From: Mobula hypostoma
Lineage: Eukaryota
Length of the DNA: 64,000 bases
NCBI RefSeq assembly: GCF_963921235.1
Contig: NC_086097.1
Location: forward strand, 59,956,001-60,020,000
Reading direction: 5' to 3'
In this document: positions 13,112 to 26,071 of the stretch, piece by piece
Position numbering within the stretch: position 1 is the stretch's first letter
Layout of the letters: each line of letters begins with the position of its first letter
Made by a program: the position numbers and the translations under genes
Notes under the pieces: model-generated
The model's input: the letters and a program-made list of their open reading frames with translations, nothing else
The model's database searches: none
What the model was told of the DNA's origin: nothing

Positions 13112-15197
13112 TGATAGATGCTCCAGGGTTTAGATATTTCAAAAGGGATAGGGAGGGAAGTATAAGAGGTGAGAGAGTGGCATTGTTAATAAGGGATACC
13201 ATCATAACTGAAAAAGGGATGACATTGTGGAGGGATAGTCTACTGCTCAGTCAGTGTGGGTAGAAAACAGCAACAGGAAGAGATCAGTCACTCAATTTGG
13301 AGTATTTTATAGACCACCTAACAGCAACGGAGACACTGAGAAGCAGTTCAGGAAGCAGAGTTTAGAAATGCGCAAAAATAACAGGAGTGTTGTCATGGGT
13401 AACTTCAGTTTCTCTGATATTTATTGGCACATCCTTAGTGCAAAAGGTTGTTAGGTGTGTCCAGGAAGGATTCTGGACAGAATATGTGGACAGACGAACT
13501 ACAGGAGAGGCCATGCTGTATCTAGTACTAGATAATGAACCTGGTCAGGTGACAGATCTCTCAGTGGGTGAGCATTTCAGAGACAGTGACTACAACTCCT
13601 TGACCTTATTCATAGCCTTGGACAGTTGGACAGAGTGAGAAGCAGATGGTATGGAAAATAACTTAATTGAGGAAGGGTGAATTATGATGCTGTGAGTCAG
13701 GAGCTTGGGAGTGTAAATTGGGAACATAAATACTCAGGGAAATGCACGACAGAAATGTGGAAGTTATTTAGGGAGCACTTGCATGGGGCTCTGGATACGT
13801 TTGTCCCACTGAGGCAGGGAAAGGATGGTAGGGTGAAGAAAATATGTTTGACAAGAGATGTGCAACATCTAACCAAGAGGAAGGAAGAAGCATACTTAAG
13901 ATTTAGGAAGCAAGGATCAGACAAGGCTCTGAAAAGTATAAGGTAGCCAGGAAGAAGCTTAATAAGAGACTTAGGGGTGCTAGAAGGGAGTATAAGAAAG
14001 CCTTGGGTAGTAGATTTAAGGACAACCCCAAGGCATACTACACAAATGTAAAGAACATGAGGAAGACTAAAGTGAAGGTACGACTGATCAGGGATAAAAG
14101 AGGAAGCATAATTGGAACTGGAGGAGGTAGGGAATGTCCTGAGTGAATATTTTGCTTCAGTATTCACCAATGAGAACGACCTCAAGAATTGTGAGGACAG
14201 CGTAAAACAAGCAGATATGTTGGAACATGTTGACGTAAAGAATGAGGGTGTGTTGGAACTTTTGAGAAACTTTATGATGGTAAGCCTCCATGGCTGATTG
14301 GGATATATTATGGGAAGCAAGAGAAAATATTGCTGCACCTCTGGCAATGACCTTTGCTTTCTCACTGGGCACAGGAGTAGTACCTGAAAATTGGAGGGTG
14401 CCAGGAAGGCTAATAGGAATAATCCCAGGAATTATATACCAGTGATGGGCAAACTTTTGAAGAGCATTCTTGGAGACTGGATTTATGAACACTTGGGGAG
14501 CATAGTCTGATTAGGGATAGCCAACATGGCTTTGGAAGGGGCAGGTTATGCCTCACGAGGCTAATCGATTTCTTCAAGGAAGTGACAAAACAAATTGATT
14601 AAGGTAGAGGATGTGGTTTAGATGGATTTTAACAAGGCATTTGAAAAGGTTCACTAAGGTAGGATCATTCAGAAACTCAGGGGGCATGGGATCCAAGGAA
14701 ACTTGGCTGCATGGATATAGAGGAAGGCAGAGGGTGGTCGCAGATCGTGAGTATTCTGCCTGGAGGTCTGTGATCAGTGTTCTTTATGATTTTTATAAAT
14801 GACTTCTACGAGAAAGTGGAAGTGAAGGTTGCATGGGGTAGGATGAAAGATGACTTCATAAAATGATAAGAGGCATAGATAGAGTGGACAGCAGTGACTT
14901 TTTCCTGGGGCAAAGATTACTAATGCAAAAGGGCATAATTTTAAGGTGATTGGAGAAAAGTACAGTATAAAGGGAATGTCTGAGGTTTGTTTTTTAAAAA
15001 GAGTGGTGGGTGGATGGAATGCACTGCCAATGGTGGTGATAGAGACAGATATATTAGCGACATTTAAGAAAGTCTTAGATAGACACATTTATGAAAGAAA
15101 AATGGAAGGTTTTGTGGGAGGGAAGCATGAGATTGTTCTCAGAGTACATTAAAAAGTCGACACAACTTTGTGGGGTGAAGGGCCTGTTCTGTGTTCT
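13112..15197 (+). mobile_element. Decayed CR1 LINE ORF2 (APE to 3' end, with internal deletions)
   Basis: FYRPPNS, VVMGNF, EYFASVFT and KRVVGGWNALP peptides in ORFs 13254-15152; terminal ggcctgttctgtgttcta. Confidence 0.88.
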
Positions 15198-15199
15198 AA

Positions 15200-16040
15200 G
15201 CATATTTTGCTGAGAAGAGGAGGGCTGGAGTGAATAAACAGAATGCTTTGTGATAAGGGAAAGAACAATACCCTGCCAGTGCCATTTTATTGAGGGTGCT
15301 CAATGCTTAATTGATCTGTCTGGATGGGTGTAAATAGATGAGGATAAATGTAGACAAAAGAGCATCTAAATAAATCAAACAAACAACACTGGAACTGTGC
15401 AGTACAAAGCACAGCTGGTAGCCTGAGATAACAGCAGGCTGGAAATACTCAGCAGGTCAGGTTAACATTTGTGGAGAAAGAAATTCTGTGTTAATGTTAA
15501 TGATGACAAACCAGAAATGGCTAGTTCTAGTAGAATCAGGAACATTTGTTTAGCTGAAATTATTCAATATTGTGTCTCAAAGTTTGAGAAAGAAGTTGAG
15601 GGCTTGTTCCTTGAGCTTATGTTAGGTTTTGCTGGCATGGTGTGGATCTCAAAGCCTGAGATCTAAGTGAATAGGTGGATGAAAAATTAAGGAGGCAAAT
15701 GACTAGGAGCGCAGGGCTCCCCCTGTGAATGAAGTGGAACAGCAAAGTGGTTATCCAGGCTGGAGGAGACCACATCATGAGAATTAAATACTGTACAATT
15801 AAGTAGGAAATGTGGAAGAGAATCATTGCTTCATCTGGAGGACTACTTGGCCCCTGTATTGGAAGAGCTGGAAAGGCAAGTGTTGCACTTTAGCAATATT
15901 TCTCTTACTTTTCCAGTTCTAAGGAAAGGTCATCATCCTGAAATGTTAATTCTTTTTCTGTCCATACTTACTGTCTTACAACTGAGTATCTCCAACAATT
16001 TTTATTCACTTTTTCCAGCATCTGCAGTTTTCCTGTCATT
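15200..16040 (-). mobile_element. Degenerate Penelope-like element remnant (possible GIY-YIG region plus terminal repeats)
   Basis: 15745-15865 resembles the antisense of the Penelope GIY-YIG coding region as I recall it; pLTR-like pieces at 15430-15500 and 15910-16035; the other flank is probably 13010-13110, split off by the CR1. Confidence 0.45.
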
Positions 16041-16789
16041 GAATTAAGTTGTTCTATTAATTACAGCCATATGTGAGCAACAAATACATCATAATCTATT
16101 CCTGTGACATTTGATAAAGTTTGATGTGTAGGAAGAAAAGAATTACCCAAGATATTCCATCATATGTCACAAGGATAAGCTATTATGTCTTTTTTCACAT
16201 AGAGACATGAATAATAGATAACTTAATTCAAATGATTATGGACAAACATCCAATGCATTAATTTGTAGACAGCTGGGACAGAAATTTGGTGTGGCTTTTC
16301 AGGTGCATAATTTATGCCATATTTCCAGTGTGTACCTGAATTGGGAAGCCCAAAATTTAACTTAAGTTGTCTCTTGCACTGTCTGAGGTGTGCTGGTCGA
16401 CCTGCCAGAGACTCTTACCACTTTGCTGTGGTCCAGGTTACCCTGTAGAACACTACTACTCCTCTGGATCCATACCTGGCTCAGTATGAAGGTATTACCG
16501 GTTTCTTTAATGGCTTGCAGCCGTCCCATTAACGTTCAGCTGTTATTTTGCTATATATACAAACAAAAAAGTTAGAAATTAGATTTTTTAAAGAAATTTA
16601 TGAGAAGGATCATGGAAGTCACATGGGATTTTCTGATCAATATTAGGAAAAGGTTCTTGTTAGTACTAGCTAGCTAAATGAATGTCTAACACTAAAGATG
16701 TGACTACTGGAGTGACAAGTTTAGTAGTGACTTGTATATTTTCACAGATCGGGCTTGAATGCATGCTTGCTAAATATATTGTCATTATA

Positions 16790-17572
16790 TATTTTTTTTA
16801 ACTTAACAACACCACATGGAAAAGTCTCTTCTGGTCCAACGAGCTGCACTGCCCAGAAACCACCTATTCAACACTAGCCCAATCACAGGACACTTTACAA
16901 TTTACCATGTGCAATTAACCTACTAACTGGTATGTCTCTGGACAGTGGGAGGAAACTGGAGCACCAGGAGAAATCCATGTGCTTCACAAACAGAACGTAC
17001 AACAACTCCTTACAGATGGTACTGGAATTGAACTCAGAACTCCTGAATAGACAATAGACAATAGGTGCAGGAGTAGGCCATTTGTCCCTTTGAGCCAGCA
17101 CTGCCATTCACTGTGATCATGGCTGATCATCCACTATCAGTATCCAGTTCCTGCCTTATCCCCATAACCTTTGATTCCACTATCTTTAAGAGCTCTATCC
17201 ATCTCTTTCTTGAAAGCATCCAGAGACTTGGCCTCCACAGCCTTCTGGGGCAGAGCATTCCATATATCCACCACTCTCTGGGTGAAAAAGTTTTTCCTCA
17301 ACTCCATTCTAAATGGCGTACCCCTAATTCTTAAACTGTGGCCTCTGGTTCTGGACTCACCCATCAGCGGGGACATGCTTCCCACCTGCAGCGTGTCCAA
17401 TCCCTTAATAATCTTATATGTTTCAATAAGATCCCCTCTTAGCCTTCTGACTTCCAGAGTATACAAGCCCAGTTGCTCCAATCTTTCGACATATGACAGT
17501 CCCGCCATCCCAGGAATAAACCTTGTAAGCTGTAATAGTATTGTGCCAACAGCTACACTACCATGGTGTCCA
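16790..17572 (-). mobile_element. V-SINE interrupted by a CR1 3' fragment
   Basis: SINE body 16790-17046 (gggaggaaactggagcacc, ggaattgaactc B-box) continues at 17526-17572 (A-box region tggtagtgtagctgttggcac on the minus strand). Confidence 0.75.
17047..17525 (-). mobile_element. Young CR1 3' fragment
   Basis: ORF 17137-17508 AGLSYVERLEQLGLYTLEVRRLRGDLIETYK...WNALP; (TATTGTC)n tail at 17047-17063. Confidence 0.92.
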
Positions 17573-17893
17573 TGTTAATTTTACAATGGCAAATTAGGCC
17601 TTTAATATGGCAGCTCCCATTTAGATTACCTATACAGTGGAGATCAAGTAAACACTGAAATTTTAAAAAATCCCGATTATAATCACACTAATCCTTTCCT
17701 TTTTTTAAACCTGACATGCCTATAAAATATTATTCAGGAATGAAACAGACTATTAATTATTAATGAAACTGCAGCTAACATTCCAGATATAGGGTGTCAA
17801 CTCTTCGACAGTCCATTTCTCCCCATATTTTCTCCACCAATTTTTCCTTTTGCTCCAGATTCCAGCATCTGCAATGTTTTGTGTCACTAATTT

Positions 17894-18826
17894 TGTCATG
17901 GTCCAGTCCATGAAGTCCGTGTTCCAGATCACGGTCCGGTCCATGATTCACTGTTCTGGGGTTTCTGGTTTTCCCCGGTTTCTGGTTTTCCCCAGTTTCT
18001 GTTGTGGGCACATGATTCTCGTTTTGGGGCTGAGACATAAATACCTCTGCAAACCAGGGATTCCCTGTTGGACTGTCCTGTTCCCCTCCTTGTCTTTCTC
18101 CTCTTGCCTGACTCTCTGCCTGCTCACCTAGCCTGGACACCCCACCTGTATCGCTGAAGTTTTACCACCGGAGCAAGACCGGAGCCTTGTAAGGAACTGT
18201 CTTTTGTTGTGTGGAATTGTCTTTCTGTGTCCACGCCTTCGCTAGGTAGGTCTGGCAGTCTGCCGCTACCTAGTGTTGAGATCTGTCTCTCCATGTTCAG
18301 CGTTCTGTGTATGAGTCCAGGCCCTACGTCCTGTTCCCAAGGAGAGATCCTGGCTCTGTGTTATGTGTATGAGTCCTGGCCCTATGTCCTGTTCCCAAGG
18401 AAGGGTCCCGGCTCTGTGTTCCATGCTCCCATCTCTTCTAGTCCAAGGTTCCATGCTCCTGAAGGCCTTCGTCCAGTCCGTGTACTTAGTCCAGTCCTAT
18501 TGAAGTCTTGTCTATGTGCCTTTAACTGTCCTTCTGTCTCGCAATACCCAGAAGTTCCTCACTCAAGCCATGTTAAGTCCTGTAGCCTCGTCTTGTCCTC
18601 GCCTAGTTCTGGAGTCCGAGCCCGAGTCAAGTCCCAGGTTCTGGGTCCTTGACCAATCCATACCCAAGCCTCAAGACCCCAAGCCTGTCTCCAAGCCTCA
18701 AGCCTCAAGAACCCAAGCCTGTCTCCAAGCCTCAAGCCTCAAGACCCCAAGCTTGTACTCCTGTTGCTTGTACTTCAGTGTCTGTGTCTTGCATTTGGGT
18801 CCATTCCCAACGTCCCCATTGTGACA
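17894..18826 (+). mobile_element. Solo LTR, Gypsy-type
   Basis: Termini TGTCA...TGACA; 5-bp direct repeat AATTT at 17889-17893 and 18827-18831; TATA-like cataaata at ~18036; internal tandem repeats. Confidence 0.85.
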
Positions 18827-19399
18827 AATTTCCCTTTAGCAGTGTAACATTTCCACTTACACAAGTACTTGACAGAAAATTGCTTTGATCATAACGCAAG
18901 GATTTGATTTGGGCAAGCAGTGCATTAATACATACATCGAGCTTGGGTTAATAAATTAGAATCATGCACAGATGTGACGGTTGGTAGTTTAAAACTAGAG
19001 CCTGCAGATTAATGAATCAAAAATGTTTTCTCACTGAGTCACTATTTTTGTGACAGCATTACAAATTTCCATCTTATATAAGGACGATGTTAAAATAGAA
19101 TCAGAACCTGAATTACTCTGCTTTGGTTCCGGTAAAGATCACAAGAAAATATAATGGATCTAAAATTAACCAGATCCATCGAGCACAAAACACTATTGGG
19201 GAAATGAACAGCTTTAAAAAAGCTTGGAGTTTAAAGAAGCGGAAGCTGGAAGGACTGGTAAAACTGAAGTACATGTGGATGAGACTATAAAGAACAGAGG
19301 AGGGAGGGAAGGAGACATTTGGGTTGGTAGAAAAGGTCAGGGTATTCATAGGTGTCTATAGAGTCATGAGGAGGTACAATATGGAAAGAGACAAGAATT

Positions 19400-19700
19400 A
19401 TAGTTCACTGATCCCACACTAATCATCAACCATATATTTATGTAAATTATACGTTAATCCCATTTTAAACCCCACCCCCATGCACTGCTGCTCAGTGACA
19501 TACTAGGGACAATTTACAATGGTGAATTAACCTACCATCCCATACCACTTTGAGATGTAGAAGGAAGCTGGAGCTCTTGGAGGAAACCCTCATGGTCTCG
19601 GGAAGAATGAGTAAACTCCACGCGGACAGAAATCAAACTCAGAATTGGATCCAGCTGTCTAGTGCTGCAAGATGGCAGCATTAGTAACTGCACCACCCTT
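19400..19700 (-). mobile_element. V-SINE-like SINE, decayed
   Basis: ggacaatttacaatggtgaattaaccta...gaaggaagctggagctcttggaggaaaccc core in antisense. Confidence 0.65.
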
Positions 19701-20057
19701 AAATCCAATTGTGAGAGATCGATGAAACAAGAAATTTGGTAAGAAAAAACATGGCATGGCTTCAGCAAATGTTTAACCATTAGGTTTCAGAAGGCCCAAA
19801 AATTCAACTGGTCAGAGCTGAAGTAAAGCTATAGGCACATATGAGGCATAGAGCCTCATTGCAACATTCCAATTATAAATCCCCTGCAGTCTCATTTCAC
19901 AGTGCCACCCCCACACCAACTCAATTCACCCAGTATAAACACACACAGACATATGCACCTGTGATCAAAGTGAGCAGGTTATTTAATATTAATAAGGCCA
20001 TTAAAGTTTCTTTTATAAAATCTAATATCGCACTACCCAAATCTGTCTTACTTTATT

Positions 20058-21270
20058 TAGAACATAGAACATAGAATAGTACAGCACAGTACAGGCCCTT
20101 CGGCCCACAATGTTGTGCCGACCCTCAAACCCTGCCTCCCATATAAGCCCCCACCTTAAATTCCTCCATTTGCCTGTCTAGTAGTCTCTTAAACTTCACT
20201 AGTGTATCTGCCTCCACCACTGACTCAGGCAGTGCATTCCAAGCACCAACCACTCTCTGAGTAAAAAACCTTCCTCTAATATCCCCCTTGAACTTCCCAC
20301 CCCTTACCTTAAAGCCATGTCCTCTTGTATTGAGCAGTGGTGCCCTGGGGAAGAGGCGCTGGCTATCCACTCTATTTATTCCTCTTATTATCTTGTATAC
20401 CTCTATCATGTCTCCTCTCATCTTCCTTCTCTCCAAAGAGTAAAGCCCTAGCTCCCTTAATCTCTGATCATAATGCATACTTTCTAAACCAGGCAGCATC
20501 CTGGTAAATCTCCTTTGTACCCTTTCCAATGCTTCCACATCCTCCCTATAGTGAGGTGACCAGAACTGGACACAGTACTCCAAGTTGGCCTAACCAGAGT
20601 TTTATAGAGCTGCATCATTACCTCACCACTCTTAAACTCTATCCCTTGACTTATGAAATCTAACACCCCATAAGCTTTCTTAACTATCCTATCCACCTGT
20701 AAGGCAACTTTCAGGGATCTGTGGACATGTACCCCGAGATCCCTCTGCTCCTCCACACTACCAAGTTTCCTGCCATTTACTTTGTACTCTGCCTTGGAGT
20801 TTGTCCTTCCAAAGTGTACCACCTCACACTTCTCTGGGTTGAACTCCATCTGCCACTTCTCAGCCCACTTCTGCATCCTATCAATGTCTCTCTGCAATCT
20901 TTGACAATCTTCTACACTATCTACAACACCACCAACCTTTGTGTCATCTGCAAACTTGCCAACCCACCCTTCTACCCCCACATTCAGGTCATTAATAAAA
21001 ATCACGAAAAATAGAGGTCCCAGAACAGATCTTTGTGGGACACCACTAGTCACATCCTCCAATCTGAATGTACTCCCTCCACCACCACCCTCTGCCTTCT
21101 GCAGGCAAGTCAATTCTGAATCCATCTGGCCAAACTTCCCTGGATCCCATGCCTTCTAACTTTCTGAATAAGCCTACCGTGTGGAACCTTGTCAAATGCC
21201 TTACTAAAATCCATATAGATCACATCCACTGCACTACCCTCATCTATATGCCTGGTCACCTCCTGAAAGA
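20058..21270 (-). mobile_element. Young CR1 LINE 3' 1.2 kb (RT domain)
   Basis: ORFs 20484-21125 (TSGVPQRSVLGP, KFADD) and 20125-20583; (TTCTATG)n tail at 20058-20076. Confidence 0.95.
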
Positions 21271-21382
21271 TTTAATTTAAATATCTCCTAATATTTAAGA
21301 AGATTTCTAAGATTAATAAAAAGTAAAATATCAGTGGATCGTCAAAATATATTCCTGATGCATTTATGTGTATCTTTTACTA

Positions 21383-22008
21383 CGAGGGGTGATTGATAAG
21401 TTTGTGGCCTAATGTAGAAGGAGTCAATTATAGAAAACCCAGCACATTCATTTTTCCTACATTTACACACTTAGTCCAGCGGTCATAGAGCATACGGATC
21501 CCTTCTTTGTAGAAGTTGGCGTCTTGGACCTCCAGATGTGGTCCACAGCAGGGGTAATTGATAAGTTCATGGCCTAAAGCACAGGTAGAAGGAGTAGACG
21601 AGAAACTTCAAACTTTCTGCATTTTCACTCAAAGAGTTGAACTGCACATGCATGTAACGAGAGCTACATAACTCATCGCCTTCTACCTTAAGCCACAAAC
21701 TTATCAATCGCCCTGCTGTGGACTACCTGGAGGTCCAAGACGCTCTCATCACATGGATGTGCAGTTCAACTCTTTGAGTGATAATGCAGAAAGTTTGAAG
21801 TTAATAACTCATCTTCTTCTACCTTAGGCCACAAACTTATCAATCACTCTTGCTGTGGACCTCTTCTACGAAGAAGGGATCTGTATGCTCCATGACCACT
21901 AGACTAAGTGTGTACATGTAGGAGGGGCGATGTTGAAAAATAAATGTGCTAAGTTTTCTAAAATTGACTCCTTCTACTTTAGGCCGCAAACTTATCAATC
22001 ACCCCTCG
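21383..22008. mobile_element. Mariner-derived fold-back MITE with nested internal TIR copies
   Basis: TA|CGAGGGGTGATTGATAAGTTTG...CAAACTTATCAATCACCCCTCG|TA; 21455-21535 minus encodes LEVQDANFYKEGIRMLYDRWTKCVNVG, a mariner transposase C-terminus. Confidence 0.9.
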
Positions 22009-23635
22009 TATATACAGAATTATGAGAATGTGCTATGTATTTCACATCAAATGAATATCTAGGTTTAATGAGACTCCAGATGTTGGAAAAATAATGACAA
22101 TCAGAAGAACTTTTAAAAACTTGTTGAAGTGTCACAAAAATTAATTTTCAGTCTTATCATCTCCTGGATGATTGGTTAAAATAAAGTTACTTTTAAATAA
22201 AGTCATAATCATCTTGTTCTTCAGCCACCTTTTTCAGTAAATCTTCAATACCATATTGTTTTTTCACATTGTGAAGTAAGTAATGTTTCTGGTGAAAAAG
22301 ACAAATAAATTCTATTGAGAATAACAACTTTTGTTGATGATAATATGGAAACCTCATCTTCAAAAATCACTGAAAATACATACTCCATATAATAAAATGG
22401 TTGTGTTTATCTCTTCACTTCCAGACTAAAGGAATCAAACAACTTTTTTACATCAATGCAGTTTATCTCCCTATGTAAAGACACGTTAATGGAACACATA
22501 TGCAGAGACTCGTGTTTGCTGTCTAAAGCAATGAAGCAATCGAGTTGTTACTCATTTAATAAGGTGCCAAGGATGACTCCTTTCATTAATCTTGCATCAA
22601 CCTGGACTGCGGTAATTAGCATACAATTTTGTCTTGGTTAACAACCTCCTCGTAATTTTATCTTTGATTGGTCTATGTTGGTTATCACTTCCTTTTGCAA
22701 CCAAAGCACACAACTTAGATATACATATGGAATCAAACTGAAGAAACATTCAATTTACATGATGCGTGATATGTAAACAGAAGCAGAAAATTTTCAATTA
22801 TAAATGCACAAGATCAACAGGAAGGAAAATATCAGCTAACTTACAAACATGCTCCGCAAAACCATAACACTTGGAACATCATAATTCATCGTCTATGTTG
22901 ATCACTACATACATCTGCTGTGCCAGATGGGAACCCCACAGTAATCTATTCTCTTTGTCCACTAAACCTGGTTCAGGAGGTCACGCAGACAGTTGAAAAG
23001 CCCCCGTGTATACATGATTTGACTTTGAAATTGAACCTCACAGGAGCAGGCTCTTTAGTCAACAACATCCATGCTGAACAGAATGTCAAATTAAACAAAA
23101 TCTCTTCTGCCTGTACTCAATCCTCTATTCCCAGCATAATCACATGTCTAACAGCCTTTTAACTGCCACCATCGTATCTGCCTCTACCTCGACTTCTAGC
23201 ACGCCATTCCAGACATTCCTGCTGTCTGTGGAAAAAAAGAGTCAGTCAGGTCTATTAATGCATCAAATACATTTTGCCGGAAATTTGGCCTTGGTTATTG
23301 TCTCCAAATGCACAATATCAAAAATTCTGGAAATACTTTTATGGAAACATTTTCTATGTTTCTATGTTTCTAAAAAGGAATCCTCCAGTTTGCCTGTTTA
23401 CTGATGCTGTTTAACCTGCTAAGTGTTTCCAGTATTTTCTATTTTTATTTCATTATATTTCATTTCACACGTACATTACACTTCACACATGAATTTGTGT
23501 ACAGTGTTTCCATTGTTCTCTCCATGGGGAGTCAATTTGGTGTAAACAAACTGCACAACATGTGTTCAGAGGCCCAAAAAGAAGGATGAAATCCAATTAT
23601 CAGCAGTTCTACCAGACTGGGAGATTAACAACATG

Positions 23636-23817
23636 GAGACACAAGACACTGCAGATGCTGAAATCTGGAATAACAAAAACATCTGCTGGAGGAACTCATT
23701 GGATAAGGCAGCATCTATGGGAGGAAAGGAATCTGAGACATTTCAGGGCAAAACCACTGCATCAGAATCCTTTCTGTCCGCAAATGTTGTACGATCCGTG
23801 GATTTCCTCCAGCAGCT
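23636..23817. mobile_element. Old Penelope-derived fold-back remnant
   Basis: ctgcagatgctgaaatctgg...ctgctggaggaactca followed by the inverted ...tttcctccagcag; same architecture as 25320-25567. Confidence 0.6.
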
Positions 23818-24859
23818 TAGCAACGTGGGGAGACTTCCAATCAGAAAGTTTCACCTAGATTCATAAAAATGGAAGCATCATCTCAGTGAATAGCATATAC
23901 AAACTCTAATAGCAAAAATGGTAAAGTTGCTTCAAGATGTCCTCGTCACGATGTTCTGCCGCGGAGTCTGGACACACACAGGTGAGCTGCTGAATGGGAT
24001 CAGCAATCATGCTCATGTTCCAACCAATCAGTTATTATATTTAACTCCCTTCCTCTCATTTCAGTCTTTTGAGTCTTCACCTAGGCATAGAGACAGCAAT
24101 GCTCCTTACTTACTCAGTCCACATTCCGGCAAAGAAGATTAGAATTTAGATTGATGTTGCAAAGGAGTGGTGTTACTTTAGTATTAAGTTAATGCTACCA
24201 AGCAGCAGTAACGGCATTCGATGTTAGCTTGAGAGTTTCAGTTAGCGTCCCTGTCAGCCAAGCATTTATTGTTTTTCCTTTTGTACTGTGCGGTTCTTAT
24301 TAAAACTCAGTGAACTGCTCATCCTGCTGCCGTGTCTCTCCTTCGGCACCTGGGCCATCACCGAACACTGTGTCAGTTCTCTCAAATCAAACTCAGTGTA
24401 AAAACACAAATCAATATTTAGAGCTGACATATCGAAAAAATAAGGAGCTGGAGATTCTATGTTGCCATATCCCAATGCAGTTAATTTTCAAATTAAGAAC
24501 AATTGTTAAATCATGGACTGAAAAGTTTCATTTAATTTTATTTACACTGCATGCTGATCACACTAATGTAGATAAATGCTTGGAAATGCACCAAGCATCT
24601 AGCAGCATGTAGTGTAGTTCTGGTTATGACTTTTGTACTTTTGATTTACATGTCTGGCCTGACAGAAGGTAAGGCCTAGTCTTGCAGGACACATGAGCTG
24701 TGCATTGATGTGACGGGAAGGAGAGCTTCATGGAATGGATCCTGAGATGATCAGCTTCAGAAAGAATTATTTGAAGTTCAAATGAAACATAGTCCTTCAG
24801 TGACAGTCTCTTGTTCCCTATATTCCAACATTCTGTTGGTCGCAGCATCAAACTCCATC

Positions 24860-25003
24860 AACTGTTTGAGCAAACTTATTTTTTATTCTTTCTTACTTCT
24901 CTTCTAATATGTGTATATTTGTACATCTGTGCACTTGTAATGCTACTGTGACACTCTTAATTTCCTTTGGGATCAATAAAATATCTATCTATCTAACTAA
25001 CTA
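24860..25003 (+). mobile_element. Rex1/Babar LINE 3' UTR fragment
   Basis: Closely similar to 48360-48478; ends AATAAA plus (TATC)n. Confidence 0.7.
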
Positions 25004-25319
25004 ACTCAGATCCACAATTGCAATCCTGACATCTCCAGTATTTGATCACATTCCTAAGCAACCTGACTTTCCCTCCAGCAGGCTCCAACCAATGTTCTGA
25101 TCTATCACTAAGACCCCTCACATGTCAGGGTACTAGAATGAAAGAGATTCTCTGTCATCTCTCTCACTCCAGGACTCTGACACATGTCCTAGTTACATTC
25201 GTGGCAACATTTTTGTACTGTCAGGCTGCGGAGTATAATGCCACACAGAAACAGTGGGAGTCACTAAAAAGTCAAATTTCTTGCAGCTTTTAACATTTAG
25301 CCATGCAGTTGTTTTTCTT

Positions 25320-25567
25320 AAACAACAGGAATTCTGCAGACGCTGGAAATTCAAGCAACACACATCAAAGTTGCTGGTGAACGCAGCAGGCCAGGCAGCA
25401 TCTGTAGGAGGAGGTGCAGTCGACGTTTCAGGCTGAGACCCTTCGTCAGGAATAGGCGTTAGACCCTTCGTCAGGACGAAGGGTCTCGGCCTGAAACGTC
25501 GACTGCACCTCTTCCTACAGATGCTGCCTGGTCTGCTGCGTTCACCAGCAACTTTGATGTGTGTTGC
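25320..25567. mobile_element. Penelope-derived fold-back element with 93-bp inverted arms, 16-bp TSD and minimal hammerhead core
   Basis: Arms 25355-25447 and 25475-25567 (3 mismatches); direct repeat tgcagttgtttttctt at 25304-25319 and 25565-25580; minus strand CTGACGA-agggtctcagcct-GAAAC-GTC. Confidence 0.85.
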
Positions 25568-26071
25568 AGTTGTTTTTCTTCTTTTCTTTGAAAACAAAAA
25601 TGCACAACATCCATACTTCTCCAGCTGGTGGAAAATTGTGTCTATTTTCCAATGGCTGCACCAATGTTCTTGAGAGCATGCTCCCAGATTACTGACAAGA
25701 ACTCAAATGGCAGATGACACTGGCAGGAAGTTGCTAGGGAGATCTCTGGAAGGACACAAGTTCTGGATAGGAGAGACTGCACTTTTCCAAAACATACCTA
25801 TGTTCAATCTGCCTGTTACAGTAGGCTGGTGGAGATAAAGATGAGGTTTGGTCTTGTGGAATGAGGACTGACAATTACTTCCCTAATGTGGATATGACCA
25901 CAAAACTGGTACAAGGCATCAGTTCTTATGCTATTGAGATTTGGAAACCTGAGAACAAAGATGACTTTGCCTTCCACTGTGAGGGATGTGCAGATTAATG
26001 CTTGTGGTTTTATGAGGTGTAAGTATGAAATCATAATCAACATAGACATTGGTTTTTGAGATGTGTAGCTA

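Noticed and set aside
18660..18752. Short regular repeats superficially like a CRISPR array (also 60799-60997)
   Set aside because: Head-to-tail tandem units without unique spacers, inside LTR-like elements of a vertebrate genome; no cas genes
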